From an uncultured delta proteobacterium (GTDB lineage Bacteria > Myxococcota_A > Polyangia > Polyangiales > B10-G4): a stretch of 45,083 nt of DNA. The stretch is taken from positions 1 through 45,083 of the forward strand of contig CAVSGI010000024.1 of the NCBI GenBank assembly GCA_963727445.1, written 5' to 3'. The position numbers and the translations under genes were made by a program. The first letter of the stretch is position 1. Each line of letters begins with the position of its first letter. This document shows, piece by piece, positions 8,895 to 19,133 of this stretch. The notes below the pieces were generated by a model. It searched no databases and was not told the origin of the DNA. It was given only the letters and a program-made list of their open reading frames with translations.

Positions 8895-9292
8895 TCAGGA
8901 GCCGCGTAGAGTGACAACGTTCGCGTTTCCGAGGCCGCAGGTGTCGAGCAGGCCCGTGAACTCTTCTTGAGATATTCTCGCAAGATCGTTGAAGTCATCT
9001 TGAACTGAGGAGGCATTTATCAAGAAGCGCGCAGCGTCCTCCAGCACCAATGCGCGTTTGCTATCGATGAGCGCGCCGAGGTGGTACTGGGCCGCCCGAT
9101 GAATTCGTCTCAGATCATCTTCTTGTACTTTTGCATCAAGCTCGCGGCACACCACTTCTGCAATGCGTTCGGCGTCGCAGGTGCGACAAGGAACAAGTAC
9201 TGACAAGATACTGCAAGATGCCCCCACCGAGATGTCCACCTGGACGAACCGGTATCCTAGTTCACCGCACATCTTGTGTATCGAGGATCGCT
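8895..9292 (-). pseudogene. Lower-GC 3' gene fragment abutting oriIS copy 3
   Basis: Open frame running from the ori tip to TGA 8895; visibly more AT-rich than the host genes. Confidence 0.45.
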
Positions 9293-9418
9293 GGCTGATA
9301 GCCATCACAAACGGCCTCCGCTCCCCTCCGGCCGGGCTGGGAGTCGACAGAATCATACCTTCTCGGAAACTCGGGCGTCCGGTGAAGGGGTTGGCTTCCG
9401 TGGAGGCTGGAAACCGGA
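9293..9418 (-). repeat. oriIS repeat copy 3 (parental, 88 bp downstream of the transposase stop)
   Basis: Position 3' of the transposase gene, ori-like tip, identity to copies 1 and 2. Confidence 0.9.
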
Positions 9419-9506
9419 CGGTGCATGAAAGGCATGATGGCTCGATCTTCGCCCGCGCGTCGAGCCGCGGACGCAGCGCGACGTCGACAGGCTCGGGGGA
9501 GCTGCC

Positions 9507-10970
9507 TCAGGCGACGTGAAAGAAGAGGTCGTCGTCGTTGGGCGGTGCGCGTGCCGGGGCGGGCACGACTGGCTCTGCCGGCAGGTCGAGGCTCTCGAGG
9601 ATGCGGCGGATGGTGGCCGGTCTCAGGATCGAGGCGACAAAGCGCATGCGGGCGTGGCACTTCGGGCATTCGAGCGAGTCGATGTCGAGGCCGCGTCGCA
9701 TGAGCTCGGCCCAGCTCGGGTTGTGACGCTTGCGTTTGGACGTGCTGTGCTTCGGGTCCTTGCCTGGCTCGGAGGGACGCCCGTACGCGACGACCCGCCT
9801 GCGCAGCTTCGCGTTGGCCGCGAAGACGCCGTGGTAGAGCAGGAGATTCTTCTGGGGGCGTGGGACGAGGGCAGCGAGGCGCCCGAGGAGCTCGGTCGGC
9901 TCGAAGCTCAGGTGCGTGGTGCCGTCATCGTAGGGGGTCTTGAGGGTGAGCAGCACGCGATCGCCGCGGAGCTCGATGCGCGACTCCGAAACGGGGGGCC
10001 GGAGCAGGTAGCGGCAGATGCGCTCGAGACGTGGGCGGTTCTTGCCGCGCACGGCGGTGTTGGCGTGCAGGTCGAAGCCGTCCTGGCGAGCGCGGCGGCG
10101 GCCGAGGACTTTCGGTGACGTCTTGGGCGGAGCGGTCCGGATGCGGCGCGTGGAGAGAAGTGCCCGCGGACCGGTGAGCGCGACCTGCTGGATGGCGGCA
10201 GCGCCGAGGCGCTCGTGAAGGGTGGGATCGACGTAGTCCGTTCCGTCGTCGCCCTCCCGCCAGACGCCGCGGCGGATCAAGAGCCGCCGCAGACGCGCGA
10301 CGAGGGTGGTGAGCAGGGCCGCGACCTCCTCGTCGGTCGGGGGCGGCAGACGGTGAAAGCGGACGGAACCATCGGACGCCTCGAGGAACACCCCATCCGG
10401 GATCAGCGTGTGGAAGTGCGGATTGAGATTGAGCGCGCCGCCGAAGCGCTGGATGACTGTGACGCTGCCGGCCTGTCCCCCTGGATGACCACGCCTCTTC
10501 GCGCGGTCCCGGAGGAAGCCGAAGATCGCCCGCGTGAAGACGGCGAGGACGGCGCGACCGAGCTCGTGGTCGAAGGCGAGACGATAGCGGAGCTCGAAGG
10601 GGAGGCTGAGCACCCATTGCCGCATGCGGACCGGTGGTAGGACCTCGTCGACCAGGTGCGCGGCCTGCGCGGACATGCGTCGGCCGCCGCAGGAAGGGCA
10701 GAAGCCGCGGCCCTTGCAGCTGAACGCGACGAGGCGGTCCGTGCCGCACGCGTCGCAGCGAAAGCGCGCGAAGCCATGAGCGAGGACGCCGCACTCGAGA
10801 AAGCGCCGGAGCTCAGCCTCGACGAAGGCCGGGACGCCGACGCCGTCGCGGTCCGTGGTCCGGGTCTCCGCCAGGAACGTCTCGAGGTGCTCGCGGACCG
10901 TCTGGTGCAAGGCGGAGCGCTCGCGGTCGCGGCGGACGTAGCTTCGCGACGTCGTCGGGGAGAGCGGCAC
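9507..10970 (-). CDS. IS91/ISCR HUH transposase
   Basis: Zn-binding CG..HGFAR.RCDAC...FSCKGRGFCPSCG, RQWVLSLP, QRFGGALNLNPHFH (HUH), ERICRYLLRPP (single Tyr as in ISCR), YHGVFAAN. Confidence 0.95.
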   Translation of the reverse strand: MPLSPTTSRSYVRRDRERSALHQTVREHLETFLAETRTTDRDGVGVPAFVEAELRRFLECGVLAHGFARFRCDACGTDRLVAFSCKGRGFCPSCGGRRMSAQAAHLVDEVLPPVRMRQWVLSLPFELRYRLAFDHELGRAVLAVFTRAIFGFLRDRAKRRGHPGGQAGSVTVIQRFGGALNLNPHFHTLIPDGVFLEASDGSVRFHRLPPPTDEEVAALLTTLVARLRRLLIRRGVWREGDDGTDYVDPTLHERLGAAAIQQVALTGPRALLSTRRIRTAPPKTSPKVLGRRRARQDGFDLHANTAVRGKNRPRLERICRYLLRPPVSESRIELRGDRVLLTLKTPYDDGTTHLSFEPTELLGRLAALVPRPQKNLLLYHGVFAANAKLRRRVVAYGRPSEPGKDPKHSTSKRKRHNPSWAELMRRGLDIDSLECPKCHARMRFVASILRPATIRRILESLDLPAEPVVPAPARAPPNDDDLFFHVA

Positions 10971-11119
10971 GCGCGGAGCTCGGCAACCCCCGTGCCCGGA
11001 TTGGGGTCAGTCATTATCGTGGGTTACGCCTCCGAATCGGCGGATGCGCGGCGGCCCGCCGGCGGGCCGCCAGGCCTGATGGCCTCGCCTTTACCGCTCG
11101 AGAGCGGCCGCTAAGAAGC

Positions 11120-12289
11120 CTAGAGACCGACGCTCGCGAGCATGTCGCGGCGGACGGCCTCGTTCACCGCCAGGGCGAGGATCAGCGAGACGAGCAAGCC
11201 GATCGTGACCAGGACGAGGTCCTTGCCGAGGATGCGCAGGGTGCCGCGTACGTCGCGGCTCGAGGTGCCGCGAAGCGCCATCGCCAGCTCGCGTCCGCCG
11301 AGCAATCCGATGAAGACCCAGGTGGTGCTCATCGGGACCTTCGAGACCATCTTGAAGTAGTAGAGGATGCCGCCGAAGACGAGGTTGATCAGAGTGGCCG
11401 AGCGGAGATCGACGATCGAGGACTTCTCGTTCACGACCTCCTGCACCTTCTCGCCCCGCATGCGGAAGAGCACGCCGAGCCCCAGGAAGATCACACCGGC
11501 GAAGGTCACCATCTCGCCGAAGGACATGGAGCGCGGGAGGTACACGGCGATGTTCGCGGCGTCCTGCATGATCCACACGGACCACAAGAAGCCGCTGCTC
11601 AGCCACTGCGCCGGCAGCCAGAGCGGATGCGCCGCGCCGCGAAACCATCGTTCGAGCGCCTTCGCCGCGACCGCCCAGAGCACGATCGACAGCACGAAGG
11701 CGAGCAGGTAGCCGCTCAGGCTCTTGCCGAGGACGTCGCTCACGGAGCTGCCGGATGTGGCGAAGCTCGACAGGAGCAGGAAGGTCGTCGACACCGGCAT
11801 CTTCAGCCGCGTCAGGATCAACAGAAAGAGCGGCGCCGCGACTTGGAGGTAGCTGAAGCTCTCGGGCGTCGTCTCGAAGCCCTTCGACTTGAGGCGCTCG
11901 TAGCTGACGTCGCCGCCATAGTGCGCCCAGCTGTAGGCGACGGTGACGACGAAGATGCCGCCGATGAAGAGCCAGAGGATCCACCACGGGCGCTTTTCGT
12001 TCGCGGCGATGAAGGTGCCGATGGTCTGGATGCTGTCGTTGGCGACGGCCGAGTAGCCGGCGATGCCGAAGCCCAGCCAACGGGCGAGAAAGGCATCCTG
12101 GTAGACCACCCCGACCAGCAGGAAGAGCCCGCCGAGGAGGCCCAGGAACACCCTTTCCTCGACGGCGTAGGTGATGAAGAAGCGCGGAAGATTGGCCAGA
12201 CCGAAGCTCTGCTCGGCGCTCGCGCGCGCTTCTTCCGTCTCTCCCTTGGCCAAAGCGGACAGATTCTGGCGGCTTATCGGCGCCCGCAC
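11120..12289 (-). CDS. PiT (inorganic phosphate transporter)-like membrane protein
   Basis: Multi-TM; duplicated motifs ANDSIQTIGT / QDAANIA and PVSTT / PMSTT. Confidence 0.6.
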   Translation of the reverse strand: MRAPISRQNLSALAKGETEEARASAEQSFGLANLPRFFITYAVEERVFLGLLGGLFLLVGVVYQDAFLARWLGFGIAGYSAVANDSIQTIGTFIAANEKRPWWILWLFIGGIFVVTVAYSWAHYGGDVSYERLKSKGFETTPESFSYLQVAAPLFLLILTRLKMPVSTTFLLLSSFATSGSSVSDVLGKSLSGYLLAFVLSIVLWAVAAKALERWFRGAAHPLWLPAQWLSSGFLWSVWIMQDAANIAVYLPRSMSFGEMVTFAGVIFLGLGVLFRMRGEKVQEVVNEKSSIVDLRSATLINLVFGGILYYFKMVSKVPMSTTWVFIGLLGGRELAMALRGTSSRDVRGTLRILGKDLVLVTIGLLVSLILALAVNEAVRRDMLASVGL

Positions 12290-12405
12290 CGTGACATTGC
12301 GGCAAAAGGAGGCGCCGATTCCGGGCAGATTGGGAGAGGATCAGGGGGTGTCCTTCTAATTGACCCGGTTTTTGGTGATCCTAAGAGCCAGCTCTGGAGG
12401 ATGTG

Positions 12406-14411
12406 ATGCGAGCTCTCCCGCTTTTTCTAGTTCTTTCGCTCTTGGTAGCCGCGTGTACGGACACTGGCTCCCCACGACGCACCGGCGACGGTGGTACCGA
12501 CGACGCGGACGCTTCGCCCCCGATCGCAGACGCTGATGGTGACGGTATCAGCGACTTCGACGAAGGCCGGGCGGACAACACCGACACCGACGGGGACGGA
12601 ACCCCCGACTACCTCGACGACGACTCGGATGGGGACGGCATCTTCGACCTCGACGAGGCCGGCGACTCCAATCCCGCGACGCCTCCCGAGGACGCCGACA
12701 TGGATGGCATTCCGAACTTCCGCGACCTCGACTCCGATGGAAACGGGATCGACGATGCGGTCGAAGGCATGACCGACACCGATGGTGATGGGATCCCGGA
12801 CTTCCGCGATCTCGACAACGACGCCGACCGCGTCGACGACGTGACGGAGCTGGGCGATCCGCCCGACCCCACCGCAGACCTCGATGGCGACGGCCTCCCC
12901 AACTGGCTCGATCCCGACAGCGACGGCGACTTCATCCTCGACGGTGAAGAGCGCCCGCGTACCGGCGCCGCCGTCGACACCGATGGCGACGGCACGCCCG
13001 ACTGGATGGACGACGACTCCGATGGCGACGGATGGACCGACGCCGAGGAGGCGGGCGACATGGACATCCGCACCGCGGCCATCGACACCGACGGGGACGG
13101 GATCCCGAACTTCCGCGACGGTGACTCCGACGGCGACGGCCTGTCCGACGCAGACGAGCGGACCTACGGCACCGACCCCACCCTCGCCGACACCGATGGC
13201 GACGGCGTGAGCGACCTGGTCGAGGTGACCGCCTGCGCGGGCGACGCGAGCTGCGCCATGGACGCGACCGACCCGACCTCGAGCCCGCGCGCGCGCGGCG
13301 ACTTCGTCTTCGCCGAGCCGTACATGATGCCGCCCATGCCGACGCACGACACGCTCGATTTCGCGACGGATATTCGGGTGGCAGACGTGTATTTCCTCGT
13401 GGATACGACCGGCTCGATGGGCAGCTCGATCACCAACGTTCGCACCAGCCTGTCGACGCCGACCACCGGGATCATCGACCAGGTGCGCGCCATGATTCCG
13501 GACGTGTATTTCGGCGTCGGCGACTTCCGCGACTACGCCGACGCCTGGCTCTACCGGAACCTCACCGACATGACGGCGGATGCCGCGACGGCGCAGGCTG
13601 GCGTGAACATGCTCGACGCAGGCGGTGGCGGCGACTACGCCGAGGGTGACGTGCCCGCGCTGGCCGCGGTCGCGTCCGGCATGGCCGTGAGCGCGAGCCC
13701 GGCATCCCGGCGCGCAGTGGCTGCCCGGCGGGCACCTTCGGCTACCCGTGCTTCCGGTCGAGCGCCGTGCCTATCGTGGTGCTCATCACCGATGCGCCGT
13801 TCCACAACGGTCGCGGCGGGACCAACCCCTACAGCGGCTACCTCGACTACGCGACGATGCTCCCCGACGTCACGGCTGCGCGCATCCGGGTCATCGGGGT
13901 CGCGGTCGGCACGGGCGGCCAGACCGACCTGAACGCCATCGCGATGGACTCGGGCGCCGTCGACGGCGCCGGCGCACCGCTCGTCAGCCTCGCCTCGGGC
14001 GGCACGGTCGACGCGGCCGTCGTCACGCAGATCCAATCGCTCGCCAACGCGACCCGCTTCGACATCAACGTCGTCTTCACCGACGATACGAGCGACGCGG
14101 TCGACACCTGGGCGGCCTTCGTCGACCACATCGAGGCCAACGAGACGGGCGACCCGGCGCGCGGCTGCGCGGCGCGAACGGCCGAGGACACGGACGGCGA
14201 CGGCTACGCCGACACGTTCCGCGACGTGGAAGGCGGCACGCGCGTCTGCTTCGACATCTACGTCAAGCAGAACGACACCGTCATGCCCACGGCCGACCCG
14301 CAGCTCTTCCGAGCGACCCTCACCGTTCTCGGCGATGGCTTCACGCCCCTCGACGAGCGCGACGTCTTCTTCCTGGTGCCGCCCGAGGTCGTGGTCGGCG
14401 GTCCGGACTGA
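12406..14411 (+). CDS. TSP3-repeat + vWA lipoprotein, CglD-like (frameshift ~13700)
   Basis: Lipobox VAAC, many DxDxDGxxD repeats, MIDAS-like FLVDTTGSM, IVVLITDAPFH; joins ORFs 12403-13932 and 13767-14411. Confidence 0.8.
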
Positions 14412-14480
14412 TTTTTCTTCCACATCGCGCGGCGTGAGACACCTCCGCCGCGCGGTTTCACAGCGGGGTGAAAAGCTCTT

Positions 14481-15011
14481 ATGCTCTCGCCCCGCATGCT
14501 GCGCCGCCTCGGAATCGGACTGCTCAAGGGTCTCGTCGTGGGGATCGGCCTCGGCGTCGGCTTTCAGGTCGGCCTGGGCTGGGGCACCACCACCGGCCTG
14601 CTCGGCTATCTGCTGGCCATGGGCTTCGGAGCGACCGCCGGGATCCTCTGCGGCAAGGCGCCGTGGCGCGCCGAATCCTGGATCGAAGCGGTGCTCAAAG
14701 GTGTGTTCGGGGTCGGGGTGGGCGCGCTCGTCTATTGGGTGGGGTCCAGCTACCTGGCGTGGCAGATCCCCTTCGCGCTCCCCTACGCGGCCGCCGGCGG
14801 TGCGTGGACCGCTCAGCCGCTCCTCTACGCGCCGGTGATCGGCGCCGTCTTCGGGACCATCGTCGAGCTCGACAACGACGAGAGCGCCCCGAAGCGGAGC
14901 AAGGCGAAGAACAACAAGAAGGTCCGAAGCGGCCCCCGCACCCGGGTGACCACGACGGACCTCGACGAGGTCGTCCTCTCCGGCGGCCAGAAGAAGAAGA
15001 GCGCGCGATGA
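14481..15011 (+). CDS. Hypothetical 4-TM membrane protein
   Basis: Gly-rich TM helices, basic tail; stop overlaps fbp start (ATGA). Confidence 0.75.
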   Translation: MLSPRMLRRLGIGLLKGLVVGIGLGVGFQVGLGWGTTTGLLGYLLAMGFGATAGILCGKAPWRAESWIEAVLKGVFGVGVGALVYWVGSSYLAWQIPFALPYAAAGGAWTAQPLLYAPVIGAVFGTIVELDNDESAPKRSKAKNNKKVRSGPRTRVTTTDLDEVVLSGGQKKKSAR

Positions 15012-16057
15012 GCCAGTCGAAGAGCGAGCCAGACCGACCGAGCTTCCGGCCGGGCCCCGAAGCGCAGCCGGCGACCAGCCTCAATCATCACATCCTCGAG
15101 CAGGGCCGAAAGGCGCAGGGCGCGACGGGGGACTTCACCGGGCTCTTTCAGCAGATCGGGCTTGCGGCGAAGATCATCTACAGCCGCGTGCATCGCGCCG
15201 GGCTCATGGGTGTGCTCGGCAGCGCAGGCCATACGAACGTGCAGGGCGAGAACGTCGCCAAGCTCGACGACTTCGCCAACGACACGCTGGTGAAGAGCAT
15301 CTCGACGGGCGGCTACGTCTGCGCGATGGGCAGCGAGGAGGTCGAGGACATCATCCCGGTCCCCGCAGGCACCCCCACGGGCAAGTACGTCCTGCTCTTC
15401 GACCCCCTCGATGGCTCCGGCAACATCGACATCAACGCCTCGATCGGGACCATCTTCTCGGTCTTTCGCCGCAAGTCGACGGGTGACGGGCCCGGAACCC
15501 TCGAGGACTGCCTGCAGCCAGGGCGCGACCTGGTGGCGGCGGGCTACGTGATCTACGGGTCGTCCACGATGTTCGTCTACACGACGGGCAAGGGCGTCTG
15601 GGGCTTCACCTACGACCCTTCGGTGGGCGAGTTCTTCCTCTCGCACGACGACATTCGCATTCCCGAGCGGGGCAACACCTATTCGATCAACGAGGGCAAC
15701 TACTCCAAGTGGGAGCCCGGCGTGCAGAAGTGGGTGGACTGGATGAAGAGCGCCTCCCCTGAGGAGGGCCGTCCCTACGGCATGCGCTACATCGGCGCGA
15801 TGGTCGCCGACCTGCATCGCACGCTCCTTCGCGGTGGCGTCTTCGCCTATCCCGGCGACACCAAGAAACCGAGCGGCAAGCTCCGCCTCCTCTACGAGGC
15901 CGCGCCTTTCGCTTTCATCGTGGAAGCCGCGGGTGGCTCCGCGAGCGACGGCAAGCGGCGCATCCTCGACATCGTCCCCGAGAAGCTTCACCAGCGAACG
16001 CCGCTCGTCATCGGCAGCAAGAAAGACGTCGAGGACGCGCTGGGCTACTTCGGCTGA
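15008..16057 (+). CDS. fbp: Class 1 fructose-1,6-bisphosphatase
   Basis: [51 protein letters not shown]. Confidence 0.97.
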   Translation: MSQSKSEPDRPSFRPGPEAQPATSLNHHILEQGRKAQGATGDFTGLFQQIGLAAKIIYSRVHRAGLMGVLGSAGHTNVQGENVAKLDDFANDTLVKSISTGGYVCAMGSEEVEDIIPVPAGTPTGKYVLLFDPLDGSGNIDINASIGTIFSVFRRKSTGDGPGTLEDCLQPGRDLVAAGYVIYGSSTMFVYTTGKGVWGFTYDPSVGEFFLSHDDIRIPERGNTYSINEGNYSKWEPGVQKWVDWMKSASPEEGRPYGMRYIGAMVADLHRTLLRGGVFAYPGDTKKPSGKLRLLYEAAPFAFIVEAAGGSASDGKRRILDIVPEKLHQRTPLVIGSKKDVEDALGYFG

Positions 16058-16110
16058 GTCGTGCACGAAAGCCCACCACTAATTGGACGTGTTGTCCTAC
16101 ATGGGCCTAC

Positions 16111-17082
16111 ATGGTGGGTGTGCGACGCAAGCTGGCCATCGGGTTGAAGGTTTCGGTCTCGCTGGGCCTCGTGGCTTATGTGGTCCTGTCGATCCTCGAG
16201 CGGGACGGCTTCGACGTGCTGGCGGCGAGGCTCTCGGACTTGGCGCTGCCCTTCGTGGTGCTCGCGAGCGCGCTTCACTTCGTGGCGGTGTTCGCGGGAG
16301 TGCAGAGGTATCGGCTGCTCCTCGAGCAGCGTGGTCTCAGCCTGCCCTTCGCGTGGGTCCTGAAGACCTATCTCGTGGGTCGTTTCGTCGGTGCGTTCAC
16401 GCCCTCGACGGTGGGGCTGGACTTCTATCGCAGCATCGCGGTGGCCAGGCACACCGGGCGCAAGCTGGAGAGCGCCGCGGCCGTGCTGGCGGAGAAGCTC
16501 TTCGGCCTCTCTGGTCTGGCGCTGGTGACCCTCGCGCTGGTGGCGTTGGGCGCGGGCGACCTGCTCGGCAAGAGCGCGCTGCCTCTCGCGCTCGCCATCC
16601 TTTCGGCGGCGGGTGTCGGTCTCTTCGCCCTCGCGCGCCCGGAGAAGATGAAGGCGCTCACGCGGCACGCCCCGGCGCGCCTCCGCACGCGCGCGGAGGC
16701 GCTACTCGACGCGATCGCGGCCGGAGAGATGAGCGCGGCGTCGACCGGCCGCGCGCTGGCGCTTTCGATCTGCGGACACCTTGCGACGGCGGCGGTCTTC
16801 GTCGCGACGGCCTTGGCGCTTCGAGTCTCGGTCGATGCGAGCACGGTGCTTGTCGTCGGAAACGCGATCGTGATCGCCACGCTGCTGCCGATCTCGGTGG
16901 GCGGCGTGGGGGTGCGCGAAGGCGTGGCGGTCGTGCTCCTCGCGAGCGCGGGCGTCGGGCCGACCGAGGCGAGCCTGATCGCTCTGCTCGGTTACGTGAC
17001 CGGCCAGCTGCCCGCGCTCCTCGGCGGCGCGCTCACGCTGGTGAGCGACCGTCCCGGCGCCCGCGCGCCCGCCGTCGCCTGA
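16111..17082 (+). CDS. Lysylphosphatidylglycerol synthase TM-domain (flippase-like) protein
   Basis: Multi-TM; R..LL, FTPSTVGLD..R, EK..G, LPISVGGVGVRE. Confidence 0.85.
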   Translation: MVGVRRKLAIGLKVSVSLGLVAYVVLSILERDGFDVLAARLSDLALPFVVLASALHFVAVFAGVQRYRLLLEQRGLSLPFAWVLKTYLVGRFVGAFTPSTVGLDFYRSIAVARHTGRKLESAAAVLAEKLFGLSGLALVTLALVALGAGDLLGKSALPLALAILSAAGVGLFALARPEKMKALTRHAPARLRTRAEALLDAIAAGEMSAASTGRALALSICGHLATAAVFVATALALRVSVDASTVLVVGNAIVIATLLPISVGGVGVREGVAVVLLASAGVGPTEASLIALLGYVTGQLPALLGGALTLVSDRPGARAPAVA

Positions 17083-17087
17083 AGGCG

Positions 17088-17540
17088 TCATCCGAGATCG
17101 ACCGAGAGGACCGCCTCCTCGACCTCTTGGACGTGCTGGTCGAAGAGCTCCGCGTCACCACCGGCTTCGACGAGGAAGACGCGCCCACCGTGGACGAAGA
17201 CGGTGGCCCAGTAGTGGTGCAGGCGGCCGCCGACGTGGGTCTCGTATCGGATCTGGACGCCCGCTTCGCCGGATGACGACTCGACCTCGCGAACCGACAC
17301 CGCCTCGTAGTGCTCGCGCAGGCGGCGGTCGATGACGCCTGACCAGAAGGAGAGATCGCCCGCGGGGTCGTTGTCCATCGCGCGGACGCCGATGACGACG
17401 CCGTCGGAGCTGGCGACGCGCTGGTCGTAGGCGTCGTCGTCGATCGAGACGAAGCCGGTGGGCGTGCGGATGTTGGTCGCGTGGGTGCAGCCGCTGGCCA
17501 GCGCGGCGAGGGTGAGGCCGATGAGGATGAAGTGCTTCAT
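17088..17540 (-). CDS. Hypothetical lipoprotein
   Basis: MKHFILIGLTLAALASGC lipobox; follows the DUF4349 gene. Confidence 0.75.
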   Translation of the reverse strand: MKHFILIGLTLAALASGCTHATNIRTPTGFVSIDDDAYDQRVASSDGVVIGVRAMDNDPAGDLSFWSGVIDRRLREHYEAVSVREVESSSGEAGVQIRYETHVGGRLHHYWATVFVHGGRVFLVEAGGDAELFDQHVQEVEEAVLSVDLG

Positions 17541-17572
17541 GGGGTCTCCGTGGTCTTCGTTCGGGTGACAAA

Positions 17573-18485
17573 TCAGGTGAGGTCGAGCAGGCGACCGAGG
17601 CCGGTGTCTTCCAGCCACTCGATGGGGAGGGCGAGACGGCGCGGGGGCGGCGGCGGGGGCGGGGCGGCCTCCACCACGACCTCTTGGGGCTCGGGGACGA
17701 CGACGGGGGCGGCGTCGAGGTGAACGGCGACGAGCGAGAACGCGACGCGTGAACGCAGGAAGCGCAGCCGACCCTCGGCCTCATCGATCTGCATCGCGAC
17801 GCGCTCGAGCTCGGTCTGGACGCGCAGGGCTTCGTCGATGGTGTTCGCGCGTGCGAGGAAGGATTCGAGGCGCTGGCGGAGCGCGCGGAGGTTCTCGAGC
17901 CGCACGTCGAGGTCGTGGTACTCCTCGGAGACGTCCTGCGCGGTGACCTGGCGGCTCTTCACCTCGCCCTGCTGCTCCACGTCGGCGAGGCCTTCGCGGA
18001 AGAGCCTCGAAGGAATGCGCACGGTGACCGAGTCGTCGGTGCGGCCAGCGAGGTAGCCGCCCAACGAGACCGCGCCTTCGATGATGCGCTCGATGGTGGG
18101 CGCGATGTCCTCGGCGGGAACCTCGAGGCGCATGTTGGCGGTGTAGACGAGGAGGGGCGCGGGCAGATCGGGGATCTGGATGGGGTCGTTCGGGTCGCGC
18201 TCGCCGTCGCCGCCGCCGCCGCGGCGCTGCGTGGTGAGGGTGGTCGCGACGAGGTTGCCGGCCGCTGTCGAATCGCCGCCATCGGCCGGCGGCGTCGCCG
18301 TTTGCAGGCCGCCGCTGGTCTCGATCTCGGCGACCTCCGCCGCACCTCTCGGAGGCGGCCATCTCCTCCGGTCCGGAGGCGTAGGCCTCGTCACCACCCG
18401 GACCCACCTCACCAGGCACGGCCCCGTAGGACCCACCGCATCCGACGGCCATCACCGCCAACAAGACAAAGAAATGTCGTTTCAT
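17573..18485 (-). CDS. DUF4349-domain lipoprotein (frameshifted near 5' end)
   Basis: MKRHFFVLLAVMAVGC; LVYTA.M.L.V, GGY, VRIP, QDVSEEYHDL..RL.N. Confidence 0.85.
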
Positions 18486-18653
18486 ATGCCACCTCCCAGT
18501 CATGGCTCGGGAGGGTTAACGCGGGCGGGGAGGCCCGCTTACACGGGCGGGGTGTGCGAGGGGCAAAAGTGAAAAAGTTCGGACCGTCCCCGTATGGAGA
18601 AGCGGTGTGATTCCGTGATGGGGGTGGGGGAAAGTCCCTGCTAGCTTGGGGGG

Positions 18654-19133
18654 GTGGACCCGTCGCAGATCGGGGTGGACGTGCACGACGCGAACAACGT
18701 GGTGTTGCACCACGACAATGCGTTGGTGCAGTTTCGGACGGGGGAGCTGACGCGGCGAGGGCTCGAGCAGATCGAGACGGCGCTGCGTCTGGTGAGGGCC
18801 GGGCGGAGCGGGCCGACTGGGGCGATCCTCATCCTCGCCGAGGGTGCGAAGACGCCCGATCGGGAGGTGCGCGAGCTTCAGCGCGAAGTGATCAACCAGA
18901 TGCTCACGGACGAGCGCAGCCACGCCGCGGTGGTGCTGGAAGGAAGCGGCCTGTCGACCAGCTTGATGCGAACCTTCGCGCGCACCACGATGCCGCGCAA
19001 CGGCCGTCTCCGGCTCGTGCGCGACGCCGACGAAGCCGTGCGCTGGATCGCGCAGACGCTCGGGCGGCGACCCGAGGACCTGCGCGCGCTCGTCGAGCGG
19101 GCGCGCGCCCTCGCCGCGAGCGGCGCCCCCTAA
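18654..19133 (+). CDS. Hypothetical protein (STAS/SEC14-like small myxobacterial family)
   Basis: P...VR..., AAVVLEGSGL....R, DEAVRWIA pattern. Confidence 0.6.
   Translation: MDPSQIGVDVHDANNVVLHHDNALVQFRTGELTRRGLEQIETALRLVRAGRSGPTGAILILAEGAKTPDREVRELQREVINQMLTDERSHAAVVLEGSGLSTSLMRTFARTTMPRNGRLRLVRDADEAVRWIAQTLGRRPEDLRALVERARALAASGAP

Larger units (their letters stand above)
9293..11113 (-). mobile_element. ISCR/IS91-like rolling-circle transposon (ter boundary inferred)
   Basis: Transposase gene; downstream end CCGTTTGTGATGGCTAT resembles the ISCR oriIS consensus GCGTTTGAACTTCCTATAC; hairpin cluster upstream at 11050-11107; no terminal IRs. Confidence 0.8.

Noticed and set aside
1410..9418. 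CRISPR-like interpretation of the three repeats
   Set aside because: Repeats are 126 bp, intervals are about 4 kb, and no cas genes are present; the repeat is explained as oriIS.
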